Assembly: GCA_016181265.1 (NCBI GenBank)
Contig: JACOZP010000009.1
Location: forward strand, 1-57,226
Direction: 5' to 3'
Length of the DNA: 57,226 bases
Source of the DNA: Candidatus Woesearchaeota archaeon
GTDB lineage: Archaea > Nanobdellota > Nanobdellia > Woesearchaeales > GW2011-AR9
The translations under genes were made by a program, and so were the position numbers. The notes under the pieces are model-generated. The model was not told the DNA's origin. It saw only the letters and a list, made by a program, of their open reading frames with translations, and searched no databases. Position 1 is the first letter of the stretch, and each line of letters starts with the position of its first letter. Shown piece by piece: positions 20,051 through 28,740 of this stretch.

Positions 20051-21119
20051 TATACTCTTTCTCTCTTCTCTCATCAAGATAAGCATCAAAGTAACCGACG
20101 ACCAAACGATAATACGCCTCCCCGGATTTCATCTGAACATGCTCCACTATCCCCGAAGCCCTTATCCTCTCGCCGGGGTATGCTAACATGCAATAATCAC
20201 GAGAATAAAACACTATTTTGGAGATCGGAATGAGAGCTACCTGAGGATCGTTCTCGATTATCGTTGAATTCTTGATATTATAACAACCCGGCCTTACCAC
20301 CGAGCTAAAGTTATCAACTACTTCTCCTTCAATCACTGCCTGGCCCACAGAGGTGTATTTCTCCTCTCCCCATTTGAACCAAACTTCTTCTTCTTTTTCC
20401 GCTGCGAAGATGACAAAAAGGCTACCATCAAAGTAACCTTCTGTTTTCCGGCGTTTCATCGAATGAAGGAATTCTTTTTCTTGGGAGATTGAGAAGCGAT
20501 TGCGCTTCTTATGAAACGCAAGCCACTCTTCATCCGTCTTCCAATGTAAGAACGGATGGGTTGCACTTTCGAGATAAGACATCAATTTCCAGAAATTCTC
20601 TTTGCCATACACGACAATATTAATATCTGAGATTGCAGGATTATAATGGCCCATCAAAGTAGAATATGTTATCCCGAAATCTTTGATCCTCAGGCCGCTT
20701 TGGAGGAGAAATTGAGAGAAAGAAAATACCCTGAAGAGATATTGATCCAAAGATGCGGGTGGCATGGACATCAGTTCTTTAAAGCCCCTTCGAGGGAAAT
20801 AGATTCGTTCAATCTTGTCGATCGGGATCGAAAAGAAAAGATGGTTCTTATCATGAAAAGGACTGGTATACACATACGAGGAATACGCTTCACGGAAACG
20901 AGCGATATAAGACTTCAGCTCTTCCTTCTCTGCCCACATATTCAGTCGATTCATCTTTCGTCCCATAATGAAACGATACGCAAGAGCACTGCTCTCGACA
21001 GTGGAGGTAGGAATATATTTTGGTTTAACTAAAATAGAAGAAGAAGGATGTTCATTACCATAGACTTGGCATTGCAGACCATCTTTAGTGGTGATAATTG
21101 ATGACTCATAAAAATGCAT
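20034..21119 (-). CDS. Archaeal Pol-beta-type nucleotidyltransferase-like protein (COG1665-like) with degenerate DxN motif
   Basis: GITYSTLMG...SDINIVVYG; C-terminal OB-like region (A.PGERIRASG.VE); paralog of the C-terminal third of 21145-24408; GGAGG upstream of ATG 21119. Confidence 0.7.
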   Translation of the reverse strand: MHFYESSIITTKDGLQCQVYGNEHPSSSILVKPKYIPTSTVESSALAYRFIMGRKMNRLNMWAEKEELKSYIARFREAYSSYVYTSPFHDKNHLFFSIPIDKIERIYFPRRGFKELMSMPPASLDQYLFRVFSFSQFLLQSGLRIKDFGITYSTLMGHYNPAISDINIVVYGKENFWKLMSYLESATHPFLHWKTDEEWLAFHKKRNRFSISQEKEFLHSMKRRKTEGYFDGSLFVIFAAEKEEEVWFKWGEEKYTSVGQAVIEGEVVDNFSSVVRPGCYNIKNSTIIENDPQVALIPISKIVFYSRDYCMLAYPGERIRASGIVEHVQMKSGEAYYRLVVGYFDAYLDERREKEYIKLIS

Positions 21120-21144
21120 TTCTTCAAGCCTCCAGTCACAACAT

Positions 21145-24100
21145 TCAATCGAGTAATGCTTTAAGGTATTCTTTCTCACCTTGTTCATTGGTATACGTAT
21201 TCATGTAACCGATAACTAATTGATAGAACTCACGCCCTTTCGGCGTCGTCACCTTTTCCAGCAAACCGCAGGCTTCTACTCTTTCCCTTTCTTTTGCCTG
21301 CAAAGCAAAAGGCCGCGACCAAAATACAATGCGTTCTATAGGAACTTCCTGATAACCTTCCAGAATTCTGGATTGGATAATTTCATAATAGCCCGGCCTG
21401 ACGTGAGAATAACGACAATCCTTCACGACACCCTGCATAACGACTGTAGCCAAAGGCTCATGCTTATCTTCCCAATCATACCACTCGGAAGTTCCCATCT
21501 CAACAACAAAGATTGAAAAGACATTTCCATCAAAAAGACCGTCATCACGTTTTCGCACCATGTTATGGACATATTCTCCTTCCGTAAACACTTTTGACAC
21601 GACTCGGTCCTTATAATAGCGAGCCCAATCCTCTCTCGACTTCCATTTTAAGAGTGGGTGCTGTACCGTCTCCATGTGTTTCAAGACCCGCCAGCCATTT
21701 TCAATACCAAAGATCAAAATATCAATGTCTGACTTTCCTGGAGTATAATTTCCCAACAACGTAGAATGGCTTATTCCCAGATCACTGACAGAAACTCCAC
21801 TCTGTAAGATAAGATTAATGATCCCTCGTGTCGCTTTTAGGTAAGGATCTAAATCTGCATCCGGAACTTTCAGGAATTGGCATAACCCTGCTCGAGGATC
21901 GTGAACTGTCAACACGTCTGTCTCCGGCACGGCAAAGAACCACTGTTGATGATTTTTATCAGAGAGAAGCAAGTGAGGGAGATTTCGTTTCAGAACAGCA
22001 AGATTCTCTCTCCCACTCTCTTTATCATTAAAGAGATTAAAGCGAAAAACACTTTTCTGAAAGAGAAACCTCTTCTTCAGTTTCCGAAACGAGTCTCCGT
22101 CTTGTAGCAGATCTTCAGGGATGTATTTTGGCTTGACAATCACCCGTCCAGAGGGATGATGAGTAGCGTAGACTTTACATTGGATGCCCTCTTTAGTAGT
22201 AATTAATGATGATTCCGGGTAGCGAGGATAATCAGCATCAGGAGATCTTCTAGGATGAACAACTTCCATCTGTGCAGAAAGATTATAGTTACTTTCCAAT
22301 TCCTTCACTCTCTCATTAAAAACTGCAAGGCACAATTGGTTGTAATCTGTTCTACCAGTAGTAAGATTATCAACAAAACTGCGGACTTTCAGTAACTTTC
22401 CTTGAAGACGGATTTTTCTCTCTTGCTCAGGAAGTTCTAGCACATATTCCAGATCCATCAGATCAGAAAGCCGATCGATGATCTCCGTGTTCACCACTTC
22501 ACGAGGTGCGCCGATTAACCGCGAGATATGCTCGCGATAACGCGGTGGAAGACTAGAGGGGTGAGGATCACGTGAAAGAGACTTGTTTTCTGTCAGAAGA
22601 GAAAGATGCTGGATAACCTGAGGGTACTGTCGCAAAAAAGGTTGTTGAGATAGAGTTCTGACCGTGACCGGAGTATCTTCGAGAACATCATGCAATGCAG
22701 TAGTAAGTATAGAAGAAACGTCTCTCTCACCGCATGCGTAAAGCAACCTGACAAGATAGATTGAGTGAAAAACTAGAGGAGTGATACCATCATTCCTTTT
22801 CTGATCACCAAATGCCGTTACGAGAAAATGAAAGACCTCTTTAAAGAGATCTTGCTTTTCGCCAAAAGAATGTGCAACTTCATCCGCAGCCCGACTAACA
22901 TCTTCCTGGAACTGCTCTTTAACCCGAACATAATCCGGACGTACTTCTTTTAAGAGAGGATCTGACCCGAAAGCAATACGTGATTTTTCATCTAAGACAA
23001 ATTGAGAGATACTCGAATTCTTCTCTTCTCTAAAGCAATTGATCGGCCCAACAACAATATCTTTAGGAACGGCAACATTCAAAGCAGTTAATATTGTTGG
23101 TGCGACCTGACGAATATCCACATCATTCATCAGTCCTCGTCTCTTAACTTCTGGTCCGCTAATGATAAAGAGCCCTTGTCGTGAATGCCCAGCACTATCT
23201 GCGCCAATCGCCGTGTGCCAAGAATAGAGATCCTCCGGTACAAGATCAGGGTTAGAGGCCCAACGTAAATCGTCAAAATAGATCGTTAAATCAGGACACT
23301 CAGGATGAGATACATTTTGGTATATTTCTTCCGCAGTGTAAACTTTCGTTTGGAGTTGATTCCCCTTATCATCAGGAATCTTTGTAATCTTCTCTGCAAT
23401 TTCATCGCGAACATCTCTCCATTTGCTGCCTAACTTCTCTTTATTGATACTGATTCTACCGTTGTATGCTCCTCCACCCCAAGCCAAGCTTCGGTCCATA
23501 TCTACAAGTTCCATCTTAAAACGCGTGCTCTTGCTAAGATCAACACCCTCTTTCAAGACGAGGTAGCCCTCTTTAATGAGCCAGTTGTTAATGTTGATCT
23601 TGCCCTCCTGTTTGATCATCCCATGATCAGATGCAACGATAACAGTAGTATCGTGTGGTAGAAGTTGTAGTACTTCTCCCAGTTTCTGATCGATATAAAC
23701 GTAAAAATCTCTAATTGCATTCGCATGGGGGGAATCCACGATGAAGCGACGATGCCCCTCATCAAAATGACGCCAAAGCATATGTTGAAGTCGATCAGTT
23801 CCTAGCATGACTGCCATGCAGAAATCCCATTCTTCATTGACGATGAGATCTTTCAAGAGAGAAACCTGCATATTAGTCATCTCTTTTGCCCGGCTGACCA
23901 GCTCACCAGGATCAAGGCTTTTATGGCTGCCCAACCCCACCGCAACATCGAAGAAACCTTCTGGATTACCTAATGCTTTAATTTTATCTTTGAGGCTTTC
24001 TGGGTAAGCGCAGTTACTTTCAACTCCCGGTGTCATGAAATCGGTAACGATACACCCTGGAAACATCGTGACTGGATAGGAAAGAGGGACATAAAGAGCA

Positions 24101-24408
24101 ATGCTCTTTCGTTTCTCATCGCCGATAATATCCCAAACCAATCTCGCTTTATTGTTCTTAGAACTGACAAGACGATATTCTCCCTGCTCATCCTTATAGG
24201 TGTAGTTAAAGACACCGATCTCACTTGGATCTTTTCCAGAGATCATGGCATTCCACGCCACAATCGTAGAGGGAGGAATAGTGCTATTCATCCGAGCGTA
24301 CGTGCCATGTTCCATTAGTTTCTGGATATTAGGCAAAAGATTGTTCCAACGCTCAAAAACAAGATCTGGAACGCCGCCATCAATACCAAATAAGAAGACT
24401 TTTCCCAT
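21145..24408 (-). CDS. Three-domain fusion: AlkP-superfamily phosphodiesterase + RelA/SpoT(Mesh1)-type HD domain + COG1665-like nucleotidyltransferase
   Basis: aa 1-460: GIDG, PPSTIVAW, DRLQH, ASDHG, GHS..G, VAPTIL. aa ~520-660: QKRNDG.TP..FH, LHDVLED, DRLSD. aa ~730-1087: GISHSTLLG..KSDIDILIFG. Confidence 0.75.
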   Translation of the reverse strand: MGKVFLFGIDGGVPDLVFERWNNLLPNIQKLMEHGTYARMNSTIPPSTIVAWNAMISGKDPSEIGVFNYTYKDEQGEYRLVSSKNNKARLVWDIIGDEKRKSIALYVPLSYPVTMFPGCIVTDFMTPGVESNCAYPESLKDKIKALGNPEGFFDVAVGLGSHKSLDPGELVSRAKEMTNMQVSLLKDLIVNEEWDFCMAVMLGTDRLQHMLWRHFDEGHRRFIVDSPHANAIRDFYVYIDQKLGEVLQLLPHDTTVIVASDHGMIKQEGKININNWLIKEGYLVLKEGVDLSKSTRFKMELVDMDRSLAWGGGAYNGRISINKEKLGSKWRDVRDEIAEKITKIPDDKGNQLQTKVYTAEEIYQNVSHPECPDLTIYFDDLRWASNPDLVPEDLYSWHTAIGADSAGHSRQGLFIISGPEVKRRGLMNDVDIRQVAPTILTALNVAVPKDIVVGPINCFREEKNSSISQFVLDEKSRIAFGSDPLLKEVRPDYVRVKEQFQEDVSRAADEVAHSFGEKQDLFKEVFHFLVTAFGDQKRNDGITPLVFHSIYLVRLLYACGERDVSSILTTALHDVLEDTPVTVRTLSQQPFLRQYPQVIQHLSLLTENKSLSRDPHPSSLPPRYREHISRLIGAPREVVNTEIIDRLSDLMDLEYVLELPEQERKIRLQGKLLKVRSFVDNLTTGRTDYNQLCLAVFNERVKELESNYNLSAQMEVVHPRRSPDADYPRYPESSLITTKEGIQCKVYATHHPSGRVIVKPKYIPEDLLQDGDSFRKLKKRFLFQKSVFRFNLFNDKESGRENLAVLKRNLPHLLLSDKNHQQWFFAVPETDVLTVHDPRAGLCQFLKVPDADLDPYLKATRGIINLILQSGVSVSDLGISHSTLLGNYTPGKSDIDILIFGIENGWRVLKHMETVQHPLLKWKSREDWARYYKDRVVSKVFTEGEYVHNMVRKRDDGLFDGNVFSIFVVEMGTSEWYDWEDKHEPLATVVMQGVVKDCRYSHVRPGYYEIIQSRILEGYQEVPIERIVFWSRPFALQAKERERVEACGLLEKVTTPKGREFYQLVIGYMNTYTNEQGEKEYLKALLD

Positions 24409-24459
24409 TATGCTTGAAACCTTTTAGTTCTCATTTATTTTGTTTGGCTGTTATCTCCT

Positions 24460-24684
24460 CTAATCTAGATATCCTAACTCTGCCAACCTTTTCTTTACTT
24501 TTTCTTCGTTTTCTAGAGAGTTTTCTTTTGCTCTTTTTTCTTCTTCTCTGATTTTTCCCGCTATCTGACAGAGAACATCTTCTATGTATGCTGAAAGAGA
24601 TGGTATTCCTTTCTCCTGACTCCTCTTCAGAAGAAGTGCTATTATTTCTGAGGAAAGATCAATCCGTAAGGTCTCTTTTTCCAT
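24460..24684 (-). CDS. Small CopG/RHH-like protein with C-terminal EEKVKKRLAELGYL motif
   Basis: Beta-alpha-alpha pattern (LRIDLS..I...L...G..SLSAYIEDVL) plus the LGYL tail seen in small archaeal proteins encoded beside AlkP genes. Confidence 0.7.
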   Translation of the reverse strand: MEKETLRIDLSSEIIALLLKRSQEKGIPSLSAYIEDVLCQIAGKIREEEKRAKENSLENEEKVKKRLAELGYLD

Positions 24685-24740
24685 TTTTTAATTTTGGTTT
24701 TAGATGTGGGGATTCTAAAGTCGTTCTTGGAAAATCCAAT

Positions 24741-24990
24741 GTCATGAGAAATTCGCCGAAAGCGCGAAATGAAGTAGTTTCAAGAAATGAGAAATCAGTC
24801 TCATTTCTGAACAGAAAAGAAATATTTTTTCTTTTCTTGTTCTTCATTTCGCGCTTTCTTTGATAGGCGAATTTCTGTGACACAAAAAGGCAACAGCTTT
24901 TTGTGCAAAAACGAAGTTTTCTGCACCAGAAAAGCAGAACGATAGCATTCATCCCGATCTAAAGATCGGAGCTTCCTGCTTTTCTCAGTG
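24741..24990. repeat. Composite nested palindromic element / structured region
   Basis: Stems AGAAATTCGCC/GGCGAATTTCT and GAAAGCGCGAAATGAAG/CTTCATTTCGCGCTTTC enclose two hairpins; then CACAAAAAG/CTTTTTGTG, and AGAAAAGCAG/CTGCTTTTCT around CCGATCT-AA-AGATCGG. Confidence 0.75.
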
Positions 24991-25082
24991 TAACCCTGAA
25001 TGATGTTGGTTTTAGGATTCTAAAAGCCTGACTGGGTTTATTAAAGATTGTGAAACTATTCTTTGGTCGCATTGAAATGTTC

Positions 25083-26552
25083 TTAGGTAGGAGTTCTATT
25101 CAAATATTGCTCCATTCCCTCAACTAATAACGAGATATTTGCTGGTTCTAATGAACGCATTTGACAATCTCCTGGTAAAGCTCCCGTACCTTGAAATGAA
25201 GCTTTATGTATTGCAGCAACGAATTTTAATGTTTTTGTTTTGTCTGTTTTTTGATCTAATTTCTCTTTTATAACTTGGGGCAATGTTTCAATTTCCTTGA
25301 TGTTCAGTACTTCGTCAAAAATGTTATAATAAATGTTACCAAAAGTAATTACGGGTTTTTGGAGAAGAATTGCTTCCCAGCCCGATGTTCCCGTAATTGT
25401 TAATACTAGTGAACTATTTTTGATCAGTTCGATGGAGTTAGCACGGGGCGAGATTAATCTAATATTTGGAAATTTCTTAATCCACTTGTGAAAATAACGG
25501 GGTCGGCTTGAATAACAGAAAGTGTGTTCTTTGACGTAGAGTTTATACCCACAGGGTAGACTCCGAGAAATGTTTTCGATCAACGCGAGCTGATTGACGT
25601 ACCATTTTCCGTAGAGCGAGGTTGATGCTTCAGGGTCTTTGTGTAAAGGGTAATAAACGTATCTCTCCCCACTTTCAGGCATATCAAAGATCCCACCCAT
25701 ATCTAATAATTTATCGGTAATTGGCCACAAGTACTGTCTTAGGTCGGGGAGTTGTTTTCGGTAGCGTAAGGTTTTTAGATGTCCCATATATTTCTTTATC
25801 TTTTGGGAAGCGCTTACTTTTACTTTCGCTGAATCATCTGGCTTACATGGATTTTCTCTAAAATGGTTGATAAAATTCTCCGCAATTTCTGTCTCTTCTT
25901 TTGTTAGATTTCTCCCTTTAATTTCCTGGTACTCTTTGACCAAAAGAGGCCATCGATCTTCAAAGTTATTGTTAAACGTGAATCGTTTTGGGACTCGTGC
26001 ATTTACAATATCGAGCTGCAAAATTCTGTTCTTTCGGAGTGTACTACAGATAATGACACTTGCAAAACTAGAAGTTCCGAGTGAGACAAAATAATCAAAT
26101 TTTGTACTTTCGATAATTTTTTCCATTTTTCTGACGAAGTATTCAACCCAATAGAGAACTTTCTCTGGCGTGAATTTCAGCCTTTCTTTTCTTCGAGGAG
26201 CAGTAATTTGCCAGATGTCCCAACTTTTGAATCCGTATTTTTCTTCTGCTGCTCTGACGAATTCAATATCAGGGGAGAATGATGTTTCGCTGTTATTACT
26301 TATTGATTCAATGGGGAGATAATCATTAAAATCAATAAAGAAGATTTTTTCTGTCGAGATTCCTTCGTTTTTATAGAGAAGATCTTTTCCTTTTCCAATA
26401 ACTAAAAAAGATGCTTCTACACCATGTTTTTTTTCTAATTCTTTGGCGAGAGCTAGCATTAATTGGTCTCGTCCGGTAGACCCACCAAGAAAGAGGACCC
26501 TCTTTCCCGATAAATGTTTATTTTCACTCATGTTTTTTCTGATGGTTGACAT
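25083..26552 (-). CDS. Capsule polysaccharide biosynthesis (KpsS-like GT-B) protein
   Basis: YYPLHKDPEAS, LYVKEH, TITGTSGWEAILLQKPVITFG. Confidence 0.75.
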   Translation of the reverse strand: MSTIRKNMSENKHLSGKRVLFLGGSTGRDQLMLALAKELEKKHGVEASFLVIGKGKDLLYKNEGISTEKIFFIDFNDYLPIESISNNSETSFSPDIEFVRAAEEKYGFKSWDIWQITAPRRKERLKFTPEKVLYWVEYFVRKMEKIIESTKFDYFVSLGTSSFASVIICSTLRKNRILQLDIVNARVPKRFTFNNNFEDRWPLLVKEYQEIKGRNLTKEETEIAENFINHFRENPCKPDDSAKVKVSASQKIKKYMGHLKTLRYRKQLPDLRQYLWPITDKLLDMGGIFDMPESGERYVYYPLHKDPEASTSLYGKWYVNQLALIENISRSLPCGYKLYVKEHTFCYSSRPRYFHKWIKKFPNIRLISPRANSIELIKNSSLVLTITGTSGWEAILLQKPVITFGNIYYNIFDEVLNIKEIETLPQVIKEKLDQKTDKTKTLKFVAAIHKASFQGTGALPGDCQMRSLEPANISLLVEGMEQYLNRTPT

Positions 26553-26579
26553 TCTTTTTATTAATTTTGTGATTCTACG

Positions 26580-26698
26580 GGCTCTGTAAGAACAAGCAAT
26601 ATATCCTAGTTATTGGGGCTTCTTAGCTTTGGTCTGGGTGACTGGAGAAGCATGAACGCAACAGTCAAGCTGACTTTTTCGAGATTTTCTACAGAGCC
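26580..26698. mobile_element. 119-bp MITE-like element with terminal inverted repeats
   Basis: Left GGCTCTGTAAGAA and right TTCTACAGAGCC (one-base indel); the same right end occurs at 88-99; no ORF; no target duplication seen. Confidence 0.6.
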
Positions 26699-26760
26699 TC
26701 CACCACCAAAAACTTTAATAACCAGCAAGACAGTTCGATAGACAAAGAGGGGCAATATCC

Positions 26761-27393
26761 ATGGTGAAAACATTTTTCCGTAAGTTTTTCAAAAAATTTA
26801 ATCCATTCAATAAGAAAGCGAATCTAAAAGTGGGATTATATGGTCCTCCCAACGGAGGTAAATCGACGCTTGCGAATCGTATCTGTATGGATTGGTTGGG
26901 CGAAGAGATGTCTTCGGTCTCTCATATCTCTCACGAGACGCGTGAGATCAAGATCAAAGAACAAGTGACGATCAAAAATAAAAAAGGAAAAGAATTGATG
27001 TTCTCTTTGGTCGACACTCCCGGGATTGCTACCAAGATTGATTACGAAGAATTTCTGAAGAAAGGAATCAAACGGACAGAAGCCAAAAAACGGGCGAAAG
27101 AAGCGACCAAAGGCGTCATCGACGCGATCAAATGGCTTGATAACATGGATTTTGTTGTCGTCGTTCTCGATGCAACAAAAGACCCTTACTCTCAAGTTAA
27201 CATCACGATTATTGGAAACTTACAGGCGCGGAATATCCCCGTACTGATTGCTGCCAACAAAGTTGATCTCAATAAAGCAAGCATCGATGCGATCAAAGCA
27301 GCCTTTCCCCAGTACGAAGTTGTCGGCATCTCTGCGAAATACGGCAAGAACGTTGAAGATTTTTACGACAACCTCTTCAAGTTGGTGAACTAA
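26761..27393 (+). CDS. oapA: Era-like GTP-binding protein (OapA)
   Basis: YGPPNGGKSTLANRI, HETR, DTPG, ANKVD, ISA; followed by DUF2073- and DUF2072-type genes. Confidence 0.85.
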   Translation: MVKTFFRKFFKKFNPFNKKANLKVGLYGPPNGGKSTLANRICMDWLGEEMSSVSHISHETREIKIKEQVTIKNKKGKELMFSLVDTPGIATKIDYEEFLKKGIKRTEAKKRAKEATKGVIDAIKWLDNMDFVVVVLDATKDPYSQVNITIIGNLQARNIPVLIAANKVDLNKASIDAIKAAFPQYEVVGISAKYGKNVEDFYDNLFKLVN

Positions 27394-27459
27394 CAATACG
27401 TCTGCAGCATAAAGATTTAAAAATGATGAAAGTTTCCTCCATATTGGAAAAGAGGTACT

Positions 27460-27867
27460 ATGGTAACATTTCAGTTTGTCCCCTATCAAGATATTGAGGC
27501 TTTGACTTCTGCTAAGCGCATTAACAAGCTCTTAAATATTGTCAAAGGTGATCGTATTGTCATTATGGAAGGTCGTCTCCGCAAAGAAGAAGAAGCGGAT
27601 TTGATCGAAATTACCATGGAAGAGATCGGTTCTAAATTTCGTGGAATAGAGTTAAGCGTCATTTATCCTGATAAGACAAAATTAGATGCGATGCAAAAAT
27701 TACGCAGCATGTTCACCAATATGATTCTCGGAGACCGTCAAGGGTTGACGATCATCGGTCCGGCTTCGATTGTCAAGCGCATTGAGAAAGACCCCGATAA
27801 AATTGAACTGTTTACCAAAGATAACGTGAATTCACCCCGCTACCGCGGTAAGCGAAAAAATAAATAG
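27460..27867 (+). CDS. oapB: DUF2073 family protein (OapB)
   Basis: EEEADLIEITMEEI..F.GIE, GLTIIGPA. Confidence 0.85.
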   Translation: MVTFQFVPYQDIEALTSAKRINKLLNIVKGDRIVIMEGRLRKEEEADLIEITMEEIGSKFRGIELSVIYPDKTKLDAMQKLRSMFTNMILGDRQGLTIIGPASIVKRIEKDPDKIELFTKDNVNSPRYRGKRKNK

Positions 27868-27888
27868 GGGTAGCACTTCTGGAAGCGT

Positions 27889-28290
27889 ATGCCACACCAA
27901 TGTGTTCGTTGCAGTACGCTCTATCCTGATGGAGCACAAGAGATTCTGAAAGGCTGCCAGTGCGGCGCACGCCTCTTTTTCTACATCAAGAAAAAACATA
28001 TCGAAGAAGGTAAAGAACTGATTAATAATCTTTCTGTTGAAGACAAAAAACAGATCGAAACAGATATTGCTGAGATCATGACCATCAAAGAGGAAGATCT
28101 TGATAAGCCCGTTATCCTTGACATTGAGGCCATTCGTGTTCTCCAACCGGGGAAATATGAACTAGATCTAGTTCATCTATTCAAAAAAGACCCATTGATT
28201 ATCAAATTGGAAGAAGGGAAATATATGATTGATCTAGGGCAGTTGTTTGCCAAAGGCAAAGAAGGGATGGATAACGAAGAAGAGGATTAA
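27889..28290 (+). CDS. oapC: Zn-ribbon DUF2072 family protein (OapC)
   Basis: MPHQCVRC..ILKGCQCG, IRV..PGKYELDL, EEGKY.IDL. Confidence 0.88.
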   Translation: MPHQCVRCSTLYPDGAQEILKGCQCGARLFFYIKKKHIEEGKELINNLSVEDKKQIETDIAEIMTIKEEDLDKPVILDIEAIRVLQPGKYELDLVHLFKKDPLIIKLEEGKYMIDLGQLFAKGKEGMDNEEED

Positions 28291-28302
28291 ACACCTATTT
28301 CT

Positions 28303-28740
28303 ATGGGCCATTCCAATTTAGATGATATCATTAGATCGAGCAAAGTGATTGTACGTCGTGGTCGATATGCTTATTTGAAAGCACAAGAAACAGCAATAAA
28401 TGAGCATTTCTTCATTTCAAAGGATAAAGATGAAGTTACGGTTGTTACTGAAGAGAAGAATGTTTCAAAAACAAAACACGATCAAGAAGTGAAATGGTTC
28501 AAACTTATTGAAATTAAAGTTTCTCTACCGTTTCTTGCTAAAGGTTTTCTTGCTAAAGTTACAGACACGATTAGTAACAAAGATTTGAATATTCTTGTAA
28601 TCTCAACATTTTCAAAAGACTATATTCTTCTTCGTGAAGAAACCTACAGTATCGCTGTTGAAGCATTAAGAAGAGTTGGGTTCTCTATTGAAGTTGAAGA
28701 AGACGGAACAGCTAAAGTTATAAATTTTCCTCCACGTTAG
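28303..28740 (+). CDS. ACT-domain protein (CASTOR/ACT_7-like)
   Basis: DKDEVTVV, GFLAKV, NILVISTFSKDYILL. Confidence 0.75.
   Translation: MGHSNLDDIIRSSKVIVRRGRYAYLKAQETAINEHFFISKDKDEVTVVTEEKNVSKTKHDQEVKWFKLIEIKVSLPFLAKGFLAKVTDTISNKDLNILVISTFSKDYILLREETYSIAVEALRRVGFSIEVEEDGTAKVINFPPR

Noticed and set aside
24588-24952. ORFs 24588-24863 (+) and 24659-24952 (-)
   Set aside because: They are by-products of the palindromic element and have no protein motifs
26553-26760. Replication origin upstream of oapABC, as in haloarchaea
   Set aside because: No cdc6/orc1 gene and no recognisable ORB repeats; the space is occupied by a MITE-like element
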